Positions 12,801 to 24,881 of a stretch of DNA of 64,000 nucleotides are shown here, in pieces. The position numbers and the translations under genes were made by a program. Below the pieces are notes generated by a model, which did no database searches, was not told the origin of the DNA, and saw only the letters and a program-made list of their open reading frames with translations. The stretch's first letter is position 1; each line of letters opens with the position of its first letter. The stretch comes from Azolla caroliniana (Eukaryota > Plantae > Polypodiophyta). The stretch lies in contig JBHGNT010000004.1 of NCBI GenBank assembly GCA_043228905.1, positions 18,414,001 through 18,478,000 of the forward strand. The letters run 5' to 3'.

Positions 12801-15129
12801 CAGCTTCCGGCCGGTTTCTCTTTCCACTCTCGCGTGGAGCTCTTTGAAGACTGATAACACCTGATCCTTCGTCTTCAGCGGTGTGGCCCACAGCTTCCGG
12901 CTGTGGTCATCTATGAACGTCACGAAGTACTGCACTCCGGCATGTGACTTCGTGTCTACTTGACAAACATCCGTATGCACCAACTCCAGTGGTGCATTAC
13001 GTCTCATCGGTGGCCTTGGTCGGAAGGAGGTCCGGTTCTGCTTGCCGGCCAGACAATCAGTGCACTTCTCTAAGTGCACGTTCTTCACTGGAATGAGGTT
13101 CTCGTCTCCAAGCCTCTTCATCCCCTTCTCACTCATGTGACATAGCCTCTTGTGCCACAGCTCACCGGCAGTGTCGGAAGCCACGTTCACTTCTTTCGGA
13201 CATAACCGGGCATTCATCAGGTACAGTGTGTTTACCTTCCGGGCCCGAGCCACAATCAGGCTCCCTTTGCTGAACTTCATGACACCGTTCCGGATGCTAC
13301 CCGTGTAGCCTTCATCATCCAGCCGACCGGCTGATATCAAGTTCAGACGAACTTCCGGAACGTGTCGGACATCCTTTAACAGCAACTTGCATCCGGTTGG
13401 TGTTGTCAGCCACACGTCTCCTATGCCGACAATTCGGCATGTTCCTTCATTCCCCATCCGGACACAGCCATGATCACCGGCTGAGTAGGATGAGAAGCAT
13501 TTCTGGTCCGGGGTAAGGTGGAACGACGTTCCGGAGTCTACCACCCAGGTCATCTCGTCGCCGGCATGGTTTATCTCACTCTCCTCGGTGAGGAGCATCA
13601 ACTCCTCTTCACTTGCCGCAATTGCCGTCGTTCCCTTCCGGTCCAGCCCCCTCCGGTCTTTACCGTTCCGGTTCGGGGTTTGCTTCGAATCGGTACCATC
13701 GGTTTCCTTGTCTTTACGGAAATGCCGACAGTTCTTTTGGAAGTGTCCTGGCTTGCCACAATAGAAGCAACTAGGCCTCCCCCTTGACTTTGACCGTGTC
13801 CCCGACTTCTCCCGGTTCTGGGGACTACGGTTTCTATGTCTTCCGCGTTCCGATTCGGTAAGGAGCGCTTTGGAGTCGGAGCTCGTATCTTTGTCTTTCC
13901 GACGAGCCTCCTCATCTAGCAAGCTCGACTTTACTCTTGCTAGGGATAACCGTTTTCCTTCCGGCCCGCCGTTGCCCAAAGTGACAACCAACGTCTCCCA
14001 GCTATCCGGGAGGGAACCGAGCAGGAGTAGCGCTAGGACCTCATCGGCAAGAGGTACTTCCAATGACGTTGCCTGGTGGATCAGCCCTTGGAAGGCATTC
14101 ATATGCTCCGCCATGCTGGAGCCATCTTGGTACCGGAGTCTTACTAGCTTCCGGAATACCGACACCTGATTGACAGCATTTTTGTTCTGGAACATTATGC
14201 CGATCTTCTCCCAGAGCTCATGAGCCTTGCTCTCTTCATTGAAGTTGTTGTACAGGCTCATGTCGATGAAGCACCGTATGTACGCCGTTGTCTTCATGTG
14301 CATCACCTCCCATATCGCGGCGTCGATTTTGTCCGGTCTCTTGTCCCCGAACTGAACCGACAGCCAGAGGTCTTTAACCACGAGCATGTCCCTCATCTTC
14401 GACTTCCACACTGAATAGTTGGAGCCGGTGAGCTTGAACATGCCGCCAAACGATTCGTCCATTTTCTGTGTCGATTTCGCTCTGATACCACTTGTTGAGA
14501 ACTCGACGTTCCTTATGTCCGACGCTTGGCCACAACCGAGATTCTTTTCATACACAGAAAAACAAGTAATGAAACGCGACACAAAGGGGAGAAATGGTAC
14601 ACAGGAGGTTTACGTGGAAAACCCCAAAATAAGGGAAAAAACCACGACAGCCCACAGGCTGCAAACTGTCACTATGTAGGAATATACAACAATGAGTTCA
14701 CTGAGGCAACGACCTCGTGCTCTCAGATCTTCGCCACAGGCGGCGGTTACAACAGAGGCAACGACCTCGTCTCTCTCTCTCTCTCTCTCTCTGTACAGTT
14801 ACATGCTCTATCTTCTTCTTGCACCAACAAGGGAGAATAACAACAACAAAGACAACTAACCTAAAAGTTTGCCCTAAGTCATATTTATACTAATATGACT
14901 TTTCGGCTATTTACAAATGTAGCCTCGATGGGCTCTCAGAAACATATTTACGAATATGTCTCTTCCTCCGGTTCATACCAGGCCTACACCATCCGGCTCT
15001 CCGCAGTCGGGTACTCCCCATCCGGTTCGTACCGGGCCTACACCATCCGGCTCTCCGCAGTCGGGTACTCCCCATCCGGTTCATACCGTTTCTTCTCCCT
15101 TCCCATCCGGAGGGACCTGTCTCCCAACA
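9562..15129 (-). mobile_element. Young Tnt1-like copia element B; LTRs 9562-10206 and 14493-15129, TSD CTACC
   Basis: Near-identical LTRs TGTTGAG...CCCAACA. Met PBS tggtatcagagc at 14479-14490 on the minus strand, PPT at 10406-10415. ctacc lies at 9557-9561 and 15130-15134. Confidence 0.95.
10416..14462 (-). pseudogene. Copia gag-pol polyprotein of element B with a single in-frame stop (11655-11657)
   Basis: Zinc knuckle CFYCGKPGHFQKNC, protease VVDSGTS, integrase, RT LYVDD and RNase H. The two listed ORFs are in frame across one TAG. Confidence 0.92.
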
Positions 15130-15347
15130 CTACCTTCACATTAATAGAAGCAAGTGATTCACATATGCTCTTTATTTTTAGAGGATTCTCATTCACTGCC
15201 ATCTTACCTTTTTCCAAGGTATTTAGCTTAGTCTTAACTGAAGCTTTCTAGCCTTTGTGTTCACTGCAAATAGTTTTACCAAACTGTCCCAAACTTCTTT
15301 TGGAAGCATAGCATCCTATATGTGTCCAAGCATCGAATCTGAGATGT

Positions 15348-15383
15348 AACACGTTCGCGTTCACAAGTGGAAGGATTGCGCAT
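15348..15383 (+). repeat. Left terminal inverted repeat
   Basis: aacacgttcgcgttcacaagtggaaggattgcgcat. Confidence 0.95.
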
Positions 15384-16394
15384 TCCACTTGTAGAATCTT
15401 CTTAAAACGAAGCAAATACACCCTCTCTACAATAATTGGATGCACTAGTATCACATGTTCCTCAACTTGATAAGAATTTGCAAATATAAAAATACATGAT
15501 AGATCTACGAGTGGAGATCATTAGAAATCATGCAAGTTTAGACATGTTGATAAGTTAATGTATCTAAATAAAGTTCAACTATGGCTCAATATGGCACTAT
15601 TGTGCGACAAGGGAAACACTAACTTAAAGACTTATATTAATTAGGTAGGTTTTACAAAATTATGAGGTGTACTTGTATCCATACTAATAAAATGAGATAT
15701 AATTTATACTTTGACCCATACGTGCATGTATGTAATTGTCGAAAATGTAGGATAGTGCACATTAAGATAAGTGATTGGAATAACTAACTTATTAAAGTAT
15801 TCAATACTTATATTAAAAGTTGATCTAATCTATTCCTCAGTTTGTTCATATGGGATCAAACCATATGTGTATATAATTGTGCACAATGTAAGGCAGTGAA
15901 CTTTAGGATAATGTCGTGGAAATAACAAACCTATTAGGCTTTCATACCTGTATTTAAAATTGATCTACTCTATTGCTTAGGTGATTCACACAAGATCAAA
16001 CTCCGAACGATAACGCAACTGGAACCATTATCAACACACTACACAATCTAAGCAGCAATGGAATAGAAACATAATAGTTTTAACAATATAAGACAAAGAT
16101 CCATAATAACAACATGGACAGTCATGGCAATAATTATAGGGCCATGTTCTGTTAAGGTTAGCTTGGACCAAAATCAGCCTCCATTTAAGCTAGTTCATGT
16201 TTCTCCATAAGTTTGGTAGTCAGCTATGCACGCGGTGAAACCAATATCATAAATCTACTAATGAGGTATATAAAAATAAAATTGAAACATATAGATGATT
16301 ATAAAGAATAGAATCCACTAGGTAAAACCCAAAATTTGTATTAATAATGTGAAATCTTAACAAATCGTCAGTGTCATATTCTTTATAGAGTCTA

Positions 16395-19300
16395 TTACAT
16401 AGCAATCAATTCATCTACGTCATTTTCTTCATCATCTTGTGTAGAACTGTCTTCGGCTATACGTGCATTGGTTTCCCCTGTTAGCCGGGCCAACGAAATA
16501 TCTTCTATAAGCTCATCATCAAGCTCTATTAGCTCTCCCGGTTCGCCGGCTAACGGAGGAATAGGCTCTCGCGAAGCGGGTTGAAACCTTTCTGTATTGG
16601 CGAGGTTCTTTGCACCGACCTCCTCATCCTGGTCTGGGCACTCCCACAAAGCCTTAATCCGCATATTAATAAATATAACTTGGTCCTCGTCCTTCTCCAA
16701 TGCAACTGTATTCCTAAACAGCTTCAATGCACATGCTGACGTAGTTCCTATGATGTAAGTAACAAGAAGATTTAGTTGTCAAACGAAAAAAGTGATTGGT
16801 TATCTCAAGATCGTTACCCTAGTTCGAGGAATACCTGTGCCAGAAAAGAGATCTAATATCCAGTCTCCTTCGACAGAAAACATCTCGATCAAGCGCATCA
16901 TAAGTCGTTGAGGTTTTTGGTATGGGTTGACAAGTCCCCGTTCTGTCGTGGTGACATGTCGCAATTTCCGAGTCACTGCTGGATATACCAACAGATTTGA
17001 ACCTCCCACTTCATTAGAATGCTCTTTGATTCTCTGTTTTTTAATTTCATCGAAGTAGCCAACCGTTATGTATTCAATGGCATTAACGAACCGAAAAGTT
17101 GGCCCTCTATTTACATTGGTCTTGATCCTATAAAAAATAATTCATCGAGTTAAAAATAGATTCAACAACCTTAAGAATTGCAATATAATGAAAGACACCT
17201 ATAAATAATCCTTACCATGCAAGGTTCTCGATGCCATGGCAACGAGATCTCAAAGCTTGAGCTACCGAGTACCCTTGGTCCATACTATGAAAGACAACTA
17301 TTCGCCACAAGGATGCGGTCGTTAGCTTAGCGAAATCCTTGACCATCTTCTCCAATTGTTTAAACCTAAACGGTTCATCGTCGTATGATGACCCAGCCAT
17401 TCGAAATCCGTAAGGAATATCCGCAATCATTAGCGTATATTCCTTCTTTGGCACCTTCTGGATCAAGTCGATGACATCACCGCAAACCACATTGTAGTAA
17501 AGATCTCTCGTAATATCTTTCTTGTGGCTAAATTTTTTAAACGAGCCATCTTCCTCCATTTCGTACGCCTTGACTAAGCGACGATCCTTTTCTTTTCTGG
17601 CTCGCTCGAGATGTGCAAGGAAGGATGTAGGGAAATCGTGTATATCCTTAACTTCTCCTTGTTTCTTGCCTCGACACGGTTTCTAATAGAAGCAATAGGA
17701 CATCAGGTATTATTATACAACCTCTACATATGATGAAAGGGTAATGAAAAAATATCAATACTAACCCAATCCTTGAATGCAATAAAATACTCTGATAACG
17801 CCTTATACGAAGACGTTAGAGGATAATCCTCGGTCACTTGTTCCCAAGTTATACATCCAAGTTGTTTCATCATTACTTATTGGATCTTCATGTACACCTT
17901 ATGACTGTAAAATTAGAAATCAAGATTAGAACTTTGAATTACACCAGATAGACTACAATTTCAGTATTTGAAAGACTTACTTATTGAACTCGGTGACCAT
18001 TTCTTCAAGGCTTAAATCTTTCGCCACAACCCTTGACAAAACGGACACAAGAAGCTGCTCGTCCTTAATACCTTGCATCGCTCTCCATAGAGACAGCTTC
18101 ATGTCGTCTGCCGCTTCTTCAATTGTCAAGTCAATTTTCTTGGCGGCTTGTGACTTTAATTCTAGTTGAGGGTCAACCCTACATTTCTTTTGTCGTTGAC
18201 CCTTTACCTCCTTATTCTCCCACATTGAGAAGATTTGATCTTGGAGGTCCCATACTTCTCCATCTCTAAACGCCAATTGAAACCAAGATTCATACTTTCG
18301 AAGACCATCGGACCTAACATTATCATCTACCACAATGCCGACTTCATGCAGACATTGACGTCGAAGGCCTGGATGTAACTTCACACCAAACTTTTGTTTC
18401 ACATCTAAATACTCGTGGTGGAAGAACCGGATACGCTCAATAGACGACATTTTCTGCCTATAGTCATTATCATTATTATGGTCCCATGCCAACAGCTTAG
18501 CCTCTTCGGTTGTGAGCCCAACATATATTTTGCACTCGGCATACTTGAAGAAGAAAGTGGTTGGATGTTCTCTTACAAGTTGTCGACGTGCCTCTGCTGA
18601 ATGCAATCCACCAATGACAAAATAATTATATTGATCATGCTTTCTGATATCAAAATCTTCAATGGTTTCACATTCTTCAGGATCCACCATAACAATAAAA
18701 GGCACCACTGTGGCATGAGGATTAATTTTCATTTTTTTCTTGAGATTTTGAACATGCATGCGATGAGGCTCTCTAATCTCAAGTGGTCTTCGACCTGTTT
18801 TTTCATCAATAGGGGGCCGATGGATGTGTGTTATAGGCAAATTAAATACTTGCCCTTTCCTGACCAGCTTCCGTTGCATTAACTCTCTTCTTATTTTATT
18901 CTGCTCGGATGACAAAACACCCGAGGCCAGCTCGGCTCCTGGCGTCCCCTTATTATCCTCTTCTTCATTTTCACTTGTCGAATCCGTATCCGACATTTTC
19001 GTTGTCTTCTTCTTGGCTGGTCTTGACTGGACTTTGGATACCTTTTTAGTGGCCTTCAAGTGGGAGGGCTCTTCATCTCGTAGAGTTACATGGCCTTGTA
19101 TATAAGGCCTCAAGGTAACAATCAGGTTTTGTGAGTTATCAAGTGCTTTTTTGAACACTTCAGGCCCACAAGATTCCTTTACTAAAAGATCTTCTGAAAG
19201 GAACACTTTGCGTACCCCCTTGGAGCACTCTATCATTACCAGTATGTTGGCCGAATCTGCATCTTCGTAGTCAAATCGTAGAATTCGGCCATACATAAAT

Positions 19301-21277
19301 GGAGTTTCTTTTCCTAGCTGCCCCTCACCCTTCTTCTTTGCTGTATACAATACGACTTTTTTCTTTGAGTCGACATATTGCATACACCATTCCTTGTCCG
19401 TTAGATCTCGGTCAGGAAGGTCTTCGCCTCCAGTAGCGGCGACAATTTTCTTTTGGCTTACATCACTATGGGGCTGAGATTTTGTCTCTTCGTTAAAGAG
19501 AAGCTTTTTTCCTCTCTTCATGGTCTCCGGAGTTACCTTGGTCTGGGCTTCGATTGGAGAACCTTGTATGCGAAGCTTAATTTTCTTCACGGTGTCGTAG
19601 TGTATTTTGTACACTACGTGAAAAACGTATATAGTATTAGATTCAATAAAAAATGAAGAAATAGAAGAAAATAGCAAAATAAATGGAACATGCATAGGGC
19701 AAGATTCGAACCTTGCACCTCCATGTTAATAATGTAATGTCTTACCATTACACTAGCATTTCATTAGTGTTAAAGCATAGATGTCCCACATAGAAAGGTA
19801 AATTCACGCTAGGATAAACATTAGAAAAACGCATAACAAAAGAAAAAGCTACACATACACATCTAGCGTGCATGATAAAAAACGCACAAGTTAGAAAAAA
19901 GCATGATCACTTTAGATAAAGCATATAGTCTATCTATAGGAAAAGCATGGGGTCTATAGTTAGAGAAAAAGCATGGATTACTAAGACTTCCTCATCACTA
20001 CATAAGGATGGGAAGCACAATGTAATTAGGTGTGAAATATTTGGGAAATTGGATATATTTCCTAAAACACCAATTAACAAACTATACTCGTGGGATTCAC
20101 GAGATTTCTATATCTTTCTCTATCAATCTAAATACATATTCTTACATAAATATTAATCAATAAAATACATTATACTTGTGGGATTCACAAGTTTCTAATA
20201 ATCTACTCATAATTATAATAGTCTCAAATTCTTCCTCCTCCTAGTCCAAAACCCCGGTGGTTCCCACCCGACTCACGCAACGATCCGGAGCCGAAAGGCA
20301 CGACAACGGGTCGGTCTGACAGATTCTCAAACGACCTATTTAAGAAAGTATATGCAAAAACATAAGTTAGACAGTTACGTAGATTGAAGTTGTTATTATA
20401 ATGAAGAACAGTTTCTAGGAGCAGTAACATATTCAAAAATCTATTCTAGGCAGGGCTATTCAACCTAGAAAATATATATCGTAATAAGTAAAACGGGTTA
20501 TATATTCTTTTAAATAGTAGGTATGACTTATATAGATTCTAAACCTATATTGATGAGAATTTGCCATAGTGAATGCAATTTGTAGATCATTTTCTACTAT
20601 TTTAAGCTAAAGTAGGTCAAAAAACACCTATAATTAGAGCATGTATTTGTTTAGAAGTAAGTAAACTCAACATAAAAAGACTGATTTTGACAGACAATTT
20701 GATAACATTTCCACCCCGTAAACGATTTTTCTCTCTCAAAGGCTACACTTTAAACACGAACTCGATACGCCGTATCGAGTTCGTGTTTAAAGTATAGGTT
20801 TTAAACACGAACTCGATACGGCGTATCGAGTTCATGTTTAAAATTCAAACTTTAAACACGAACTCGATACGGCGTATCGAGTTCGTGTTTAAAACCTATA
20901 CTTTAAACACGAACTCAATACGCCGTATCGAGTTCGTGTTTAAAACCTACACTTTAAACACGAACTCGATACGGCGTATCGAGTTCGTGTTTAAAACCTA
21001 CACTATGAACACGAACTCGATACGCCGTATCGAGTTCGTGTTTAAAACCTATACTTTAAACACGAACTCGATACGGCGTATCGAGTTCATGTATACAATA
21101 CAAATATTTACACACGAACTCGATACGCCGTATCGAGTTCGTGTATAAATATTTGTATTGTATACATGAACTCGATACGCCGTATCGAGTTCTTGGGAAA
21201 CGAAACATATTTACAAAAATGTCCACAGTGTCAGAGGCCTACCTGGACTCCTCGCGCTCGACTCTCTTGGAAGACAT
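16395..21277 (-). CDS. ParB/Srx-like domain + beta-class N6-A/N4-C DNA methyltransferase fusion; exons 21277-21243, 20335-20277, 19613-17981, 17904-17766, 17682-17216, 17127-16835, 16747-16395; one internal TAA at 17877-17879
   Basis: All six introns are GT-AG and phase-compatible (2979 nt = 993 codons including the stop). ParB-like segment PITHIHRP..IREP..HVQNLKKKM..YFVIGGLHSAEARRQL. MTase motifs in beta order: GDVIDLI, IADIPYG (IV), AWIK, NPYQKP..LMMRLI (X), DWILDLFSGTGTTS (I), VALEKD (II). Exons 1-2 are less certain than exons 3-7. Confidence 0.85.
19690..19762 (-). other. tRNA-like Pol III A/B-box module in intron 2 of the MTase gene
   Basis: The minus strand reads tagtgtaatggtaag (A-box-like) ... 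ggttcgaatc (B box) with tRNA-like spacing. There is no good anticodon or acceptor stem. Confidence 0.55.
20749..21192. repeat. Array of nine palindromes (43 bp, 51-bp period)
   Basis: tttaaacacgaactcgatacg-S-cgtatcgagttcgtgtttaaa, repeated with 8-bp spacers in the first seven units. The last two units have altered outer arms. Confidence 0.97.
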
Positions 21278-21419
21278 GGTTGATCGTGTTGTGTGGAGGC
21301 GGAGATCGCGCTTTCGTGCTTTGTGCCTTGAGTGCTCTGTGTGCTCTGTGTGCTCTGTGTGCTCTGAGTGCTCTGTACGCTCTGTACGCTCTGGTGAGTG
21401 AAATATGATGAGGTCTTCC

Positions 21420-21427
21420 TATTTATA
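21420..21427 (-). promoter_or_regulatory. Candidate TATA box for the ParB-MTase gene
   Basis: TATAAATA on the minus strand ~145 nt upstream of caaccATG (21277). A 9-bp repeat (gtgctctgt-like) lies in the predicted 5' UTR. Confidence 0.5.
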
Positions 21428-22100
21428 GGGATTGAACCCATGGTTAAAGTAACCATAGTCATCTTAACCAATGTTGGTAACTTTGAGGATAGTTAGTTTG
21501 TAACCATAGTCACATTAACTATAGTAACTTATGATTGTATTAATGATTACAAAGTCAAACTAACATATTGATCAATCTTTTATACTCATAACAACCTACA
21601 ATCACTTCAAAGGTTATGAAGGAGACAATGATAGAGGTTCATGAATGTACCAATGATTGAGTACTAAAAGCAAAAAATTTTATGACTCTCAATAGTTATG
21701 TATTAAAGATGTGGGCATGAATTAACCAATGATTGATAAGTCTAATATTTAAAATGGTGAGCATTAAAGAATCAATGAGTGAGACGTTCTATATCAAAAT
21801 GGGTGTCATTAATTAGCCAATGATTTTAACATTAATCCAACATATTCAAGGCTTGTTAATGATTAGTTTTATATTTTACTTGATTTAACATCATTTAGAT
21901 CTAGTTTATATAATGATTGATAATTTAAGTTAAATTACTTTATTAAAAATAATTTTTAGATGTATTGTATTTTAATAGAATATTACATAATATAGACATT
22001 CTATTGATTTGGCTTTTGTTTAGAGAGAAGTTTATGTTTAGGGAGGAGTATATGGTTAGAGAGGAGTATAACTTAGAGAGCCCTATCTAGACCTTAAGCC

Positions 22101-24881
22101 ATGAGTGAAGATTCACCGTTCTCGATTGAAGAATATTGTTTGTCATCAGACCCATCGTTTACTACTGAAGAGTATTGTTTATCAACAGAGTCACCATATT
22201 CGATTGAAGAATATTGTCTTTCGACCGACTCACCATATTCTATCGAAGAATATTGTCTGAGCTCATCTACAGGGAATGCAAATAATGACACATGTGAAGA
22301 GTTCTCTATTGAAGAATACGATATTAATAAAGATACCGGGAATGAAGGAAGTGCCCAGGAAACATTGAATAACATTGGCGATGGTCAGAACAGAGAATTA
22401 GACTGTAACAAGGTTACACCAACCTCTATGCAGGAAGAGAAATCTGGGAGCCCTATGCATATTAGAAGAATCCCACGAAGAATTCGTCTGGCTAGATTTA
22501 GCTTGGTGACATCAGATAAACAGATTGGATTTGATGTCAACAAAATATGTTGTGCCCGTGGTTGTATGTCTATGATTGGAAAATCAAAGTTGCGAGAATT
22601 AAGGCGATACTATTTTTCGATGACCGGTGATGAGCAAGACACTTACCTCGGATCACATATGCAACTAGTATCTGACAAATGTACGGGGATCAAAGTATCA
22701 TTCGAGTATTATATCTTCCATGCGCAACTGATATGTAGAGTTGCATTCAAAATTGTGTTATGTGTTAGTAACATGCGGCTACATAGAGTACAACAACGTC
22801 TACTTAGCGGGGATCAGATGCTCAATTGTAAAGAGGTTCCAAGTATGAAAGGTGCAATTGGAAGACTAGCTATTGGCTGGATGAAAACTTACTTTCAGTT
22901 AAATTGTGAAGTAATGCCCACTACAGGTAGGATGCATCTTTCTGATAATTATACCCGTCGGGAAGTTTATGATGTCTATCGATCTGAAATGCTGGGCTCA
23001 CGTAATAAGTTTATCACCTATAGCCAATTCACAAGATTATGGAGAGCTCGGTTTTCAAATGTTATTATTCCTCGTAAAGTACGTATGGGTTATTGCTCCA
23101 TTTGTGCAAATCTTAAAAGTTTGGCTAAAGGTGCAAAGACATCAATGGAAAAGGATACGAGTAAGAAGTTACTACAAGAGCATCGTGAGGCACAATCCTT
23201 AGAACGAAGGAAGGCGATGCATCATAGAGAGAAGTGTTTGAAGAGGCCTGAACAATACATGTGCTTAATGATAGATGGCATGGACCAGAAGAAGACATGC
23301 TTGCCGCATATGCGGAGGCTCCCCAAAGATGTCAATGATGAGTGCCTTGTTCAAATGCACTTGGTGGGATGCTTGGCTTATAATAGGTCTGTTCGACCTC
23401 ACGTCTTCATTACTTACCCCAATGTTCACAATGACCCTAACCTAACAATTACAGTGATTCACCGAGTTTTGATGTCTTGGGGACAACCTTTCCCCCCTGT
23501 TCTATACATTCAATTGGACAATACTGCTAGAGAGAACAAAAATTCAACTGTATTTGGCTATCTAAGTATGTTGGTCAACCTAGAATTGTTTAGGAAAGTG
23601 AAAGTCAATTTCCTTTTGGTTGGCCACACACATGACCATATAGATCAGATGTTTAGCACATTCTCCAGACAGTTGTCTCGGCATGATGCTTTCACTTTAC
23701 CTAAACTATTTGATGTCATTTGTGATGCATATACACCACGCCCAAAAGTGTTACACTTGAAGGAGGTATATGACTTTAAGAGATATATATTAGATGGGGG
23801 TGGTGGGAATGTTAAAGTGCTTGCTCAGTTAAACAATATAAGTTTCAATCACATTTTTTTGATAAAGAAAAATGGAATAAGTGGTTCTACACTTTTGTAT
23901 GCTAAACAATATTCATCTTCTACAACATGGGAACCTGAAGGTGGTTGCCAGTTATTACTTTGTATGCCGAGTACAATTGTCCATGGAGCTAAGCAAATGC
24001 CAATTGAGAAGAAAGGACAGTTGCAGAGCGACTTGGTATTAGAACAAAAACGGTCATGGCTCCAAGCCTTAGAAGAAAAAAGAAAACATATTGAGGCCGC
24101 CAAGAAATATGCCGCACAACAAGACACGTCATGGTGGGATGTATTTTATAGTGATCAGAAAGAAATTATAGACAATTGTGTATCTGTTGATAATTGGAAT
24201 TTGGAAACGCCATTCACATGGTCGCTGCAACATGATCGCGTAAATAGAAGTCCGGAGCGACTAGTAAATGCGATTAATGACAGCTTGGTCCATCCACAAC
24301 AAAGAGACATTTATGTGGGACCAAGGATGACCAAAGCAGCCGAAGCTAGATGGCAAGGAAATTTGCAAGAGCTCACCGCGGGGATGTTGATTGCAACGCC
24401 GGCTGATGAGAACTCACATGGCCACCAATTTTGGGTTGGTAAAATTCTAGAAGTGCTAATGCATGAAATAGATAACACGATCAAGTCTATAAATGTTCAT
24501 TGGTACAACACTAGAAGTGCAAATGCTTTTACAGGTAAGTATACATTGGAGATGATTGAATGCCAAACAAGAAGGGGAGGTAGGAAGAGGAAGCGAAACA
24601 TTCGTAACACCTCGACCCTTGATATCTCTGATGTGGATATCATCGTGTACGACTTCACACTTACAAAAGCCGGACGATTAAGGAAGTCAACAATAGATAT
24701 AATAAAAGAAAAATTACCAGGTCTACAAGGTGGCTCGAGTCAAAGGCAAACGAGATCTGCTACATATAATCTAGAGTCAAACCATTTGGTTTATGACGAA
24801 GATAATGCACTGATTGGTACATCCGAGGATGATGAGGAGGAATCGTCATTGTATATTAGTTATAGTAGTGATTCTCCGTAA
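22101..24881 (+). CDS. Sola-like DDD transposase (DUF7869-type), 926 aa, intact
   Basis: Acidic triad in MIDGMDQKK / IQLDNTARENKN / FLLVGHTHDHIDQMFS. Cys motifs CCARGC, ICRVAF and CSIC. The ORF lies inside TIRs with a 4-bp TSD, as in Sola elements. Confidence 0.85.
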   Translation: MSEDSPFSIEEYCLSSDPSFTTEEYCLSTESPYSIEEYCLSTDSPYSIEEYCLSSSTGNANNDTCEEFSIEEYDINKDTGNEGSAQETLNNIGDGQNRELDCNKVTPTSMQEEKSGSPMHIRRIPRRIRLARFSLVTSDKQIGFDVNKICCARGCMSMIGKSKLRELRRYYFSMTGDEQDTYLGSHMQLVSDKCTGIKVSFEYYIFHAQLICRVAFKIVLCVSNMRLHRVQQRLLSGDQMLNCKEVPSMKGAIGRLAIGWMKTYFQLNCEVMPTTGRMHLSDNYTRREVYDVYRSEMLGSRNKFITYSQFTRLWRARFSNVIIPRKVRMGYCSICANLKSLAKGAKTSMEKDTSKKLLQEHREAQSLERRKAMHHREKCLKRPEQYMCLMIDGMDQKKTCLPHMRRLPKDVNDECLVQMHLVGCLAYNRSVRPHVFITYPNVHNDPNLTITVIHRVLMSWGQPFPPVLYIQLDNTARENKNSTVFGYLSMLVNLELFRKVKVNFLLVGHTHDHIDQMFSTFSRQLSRHDAFTLPKLFDVICDAYTPRPKVLHLKEVYDFKRYILDGGGGNVKVLAQLNNISFNHIFLIKKNGISGSTLLYAKQYSSSTTWEPEGGCQLLLCMPSTIVHGAKQMPIEKKGQLQSDLVLEQKRSWLQALEEKRKHIEAAKKYAAQQDTSWWDVFYSDQKEIIDNCVSVDNWNLETPFTWSLQHDRVNRSPERLVNAINDSLVHPQQRDIYVGPRMTKAAEARWQGNLQELTAGMLIATPADENSHGHQFWVGKILEVLMHEIDNTIKSINVHWYNTRSANAFTGKYTLEMIECQTRRGGRKRKRNIRNTSTLDISDVDIIVYDFTLTKAGRLRKSTIDIIKEKLPGLQGGSSQRQTRSATYNLESNHLVYDEDNALIGTSEDDEEESSLYISYSSDSP

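Noticed and set aside
17977-19695. Stand-alone 572-aa protein starting at 19695
   Set aside because: The first ~27 codons look intronic (AT-rich, with an acceptor at 19614), and the ORF ends at a GTAAGT donor. It is exon 3 of the larger gene.
20749-21192. CRISPR array
   Set aside because: The spacers are only ~8 bp and are themselves repeated. There are no cas genes, and the context is a eukaryotic intron.
16395-21277. Bacterial contamination as the source of the methyltransferase
   Set aside because: The gene has six spliceosomal-type introns, sits in a TSD-flanked element nested in a copia, and has a paralog interrupted by another copia.
20834-21408. ORFs 20834-21148, 21141-21401 and 21166-21408 as proteins
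   Set aside because: They are translations of the 51-bp palindrome array and a 9-bp repeat.
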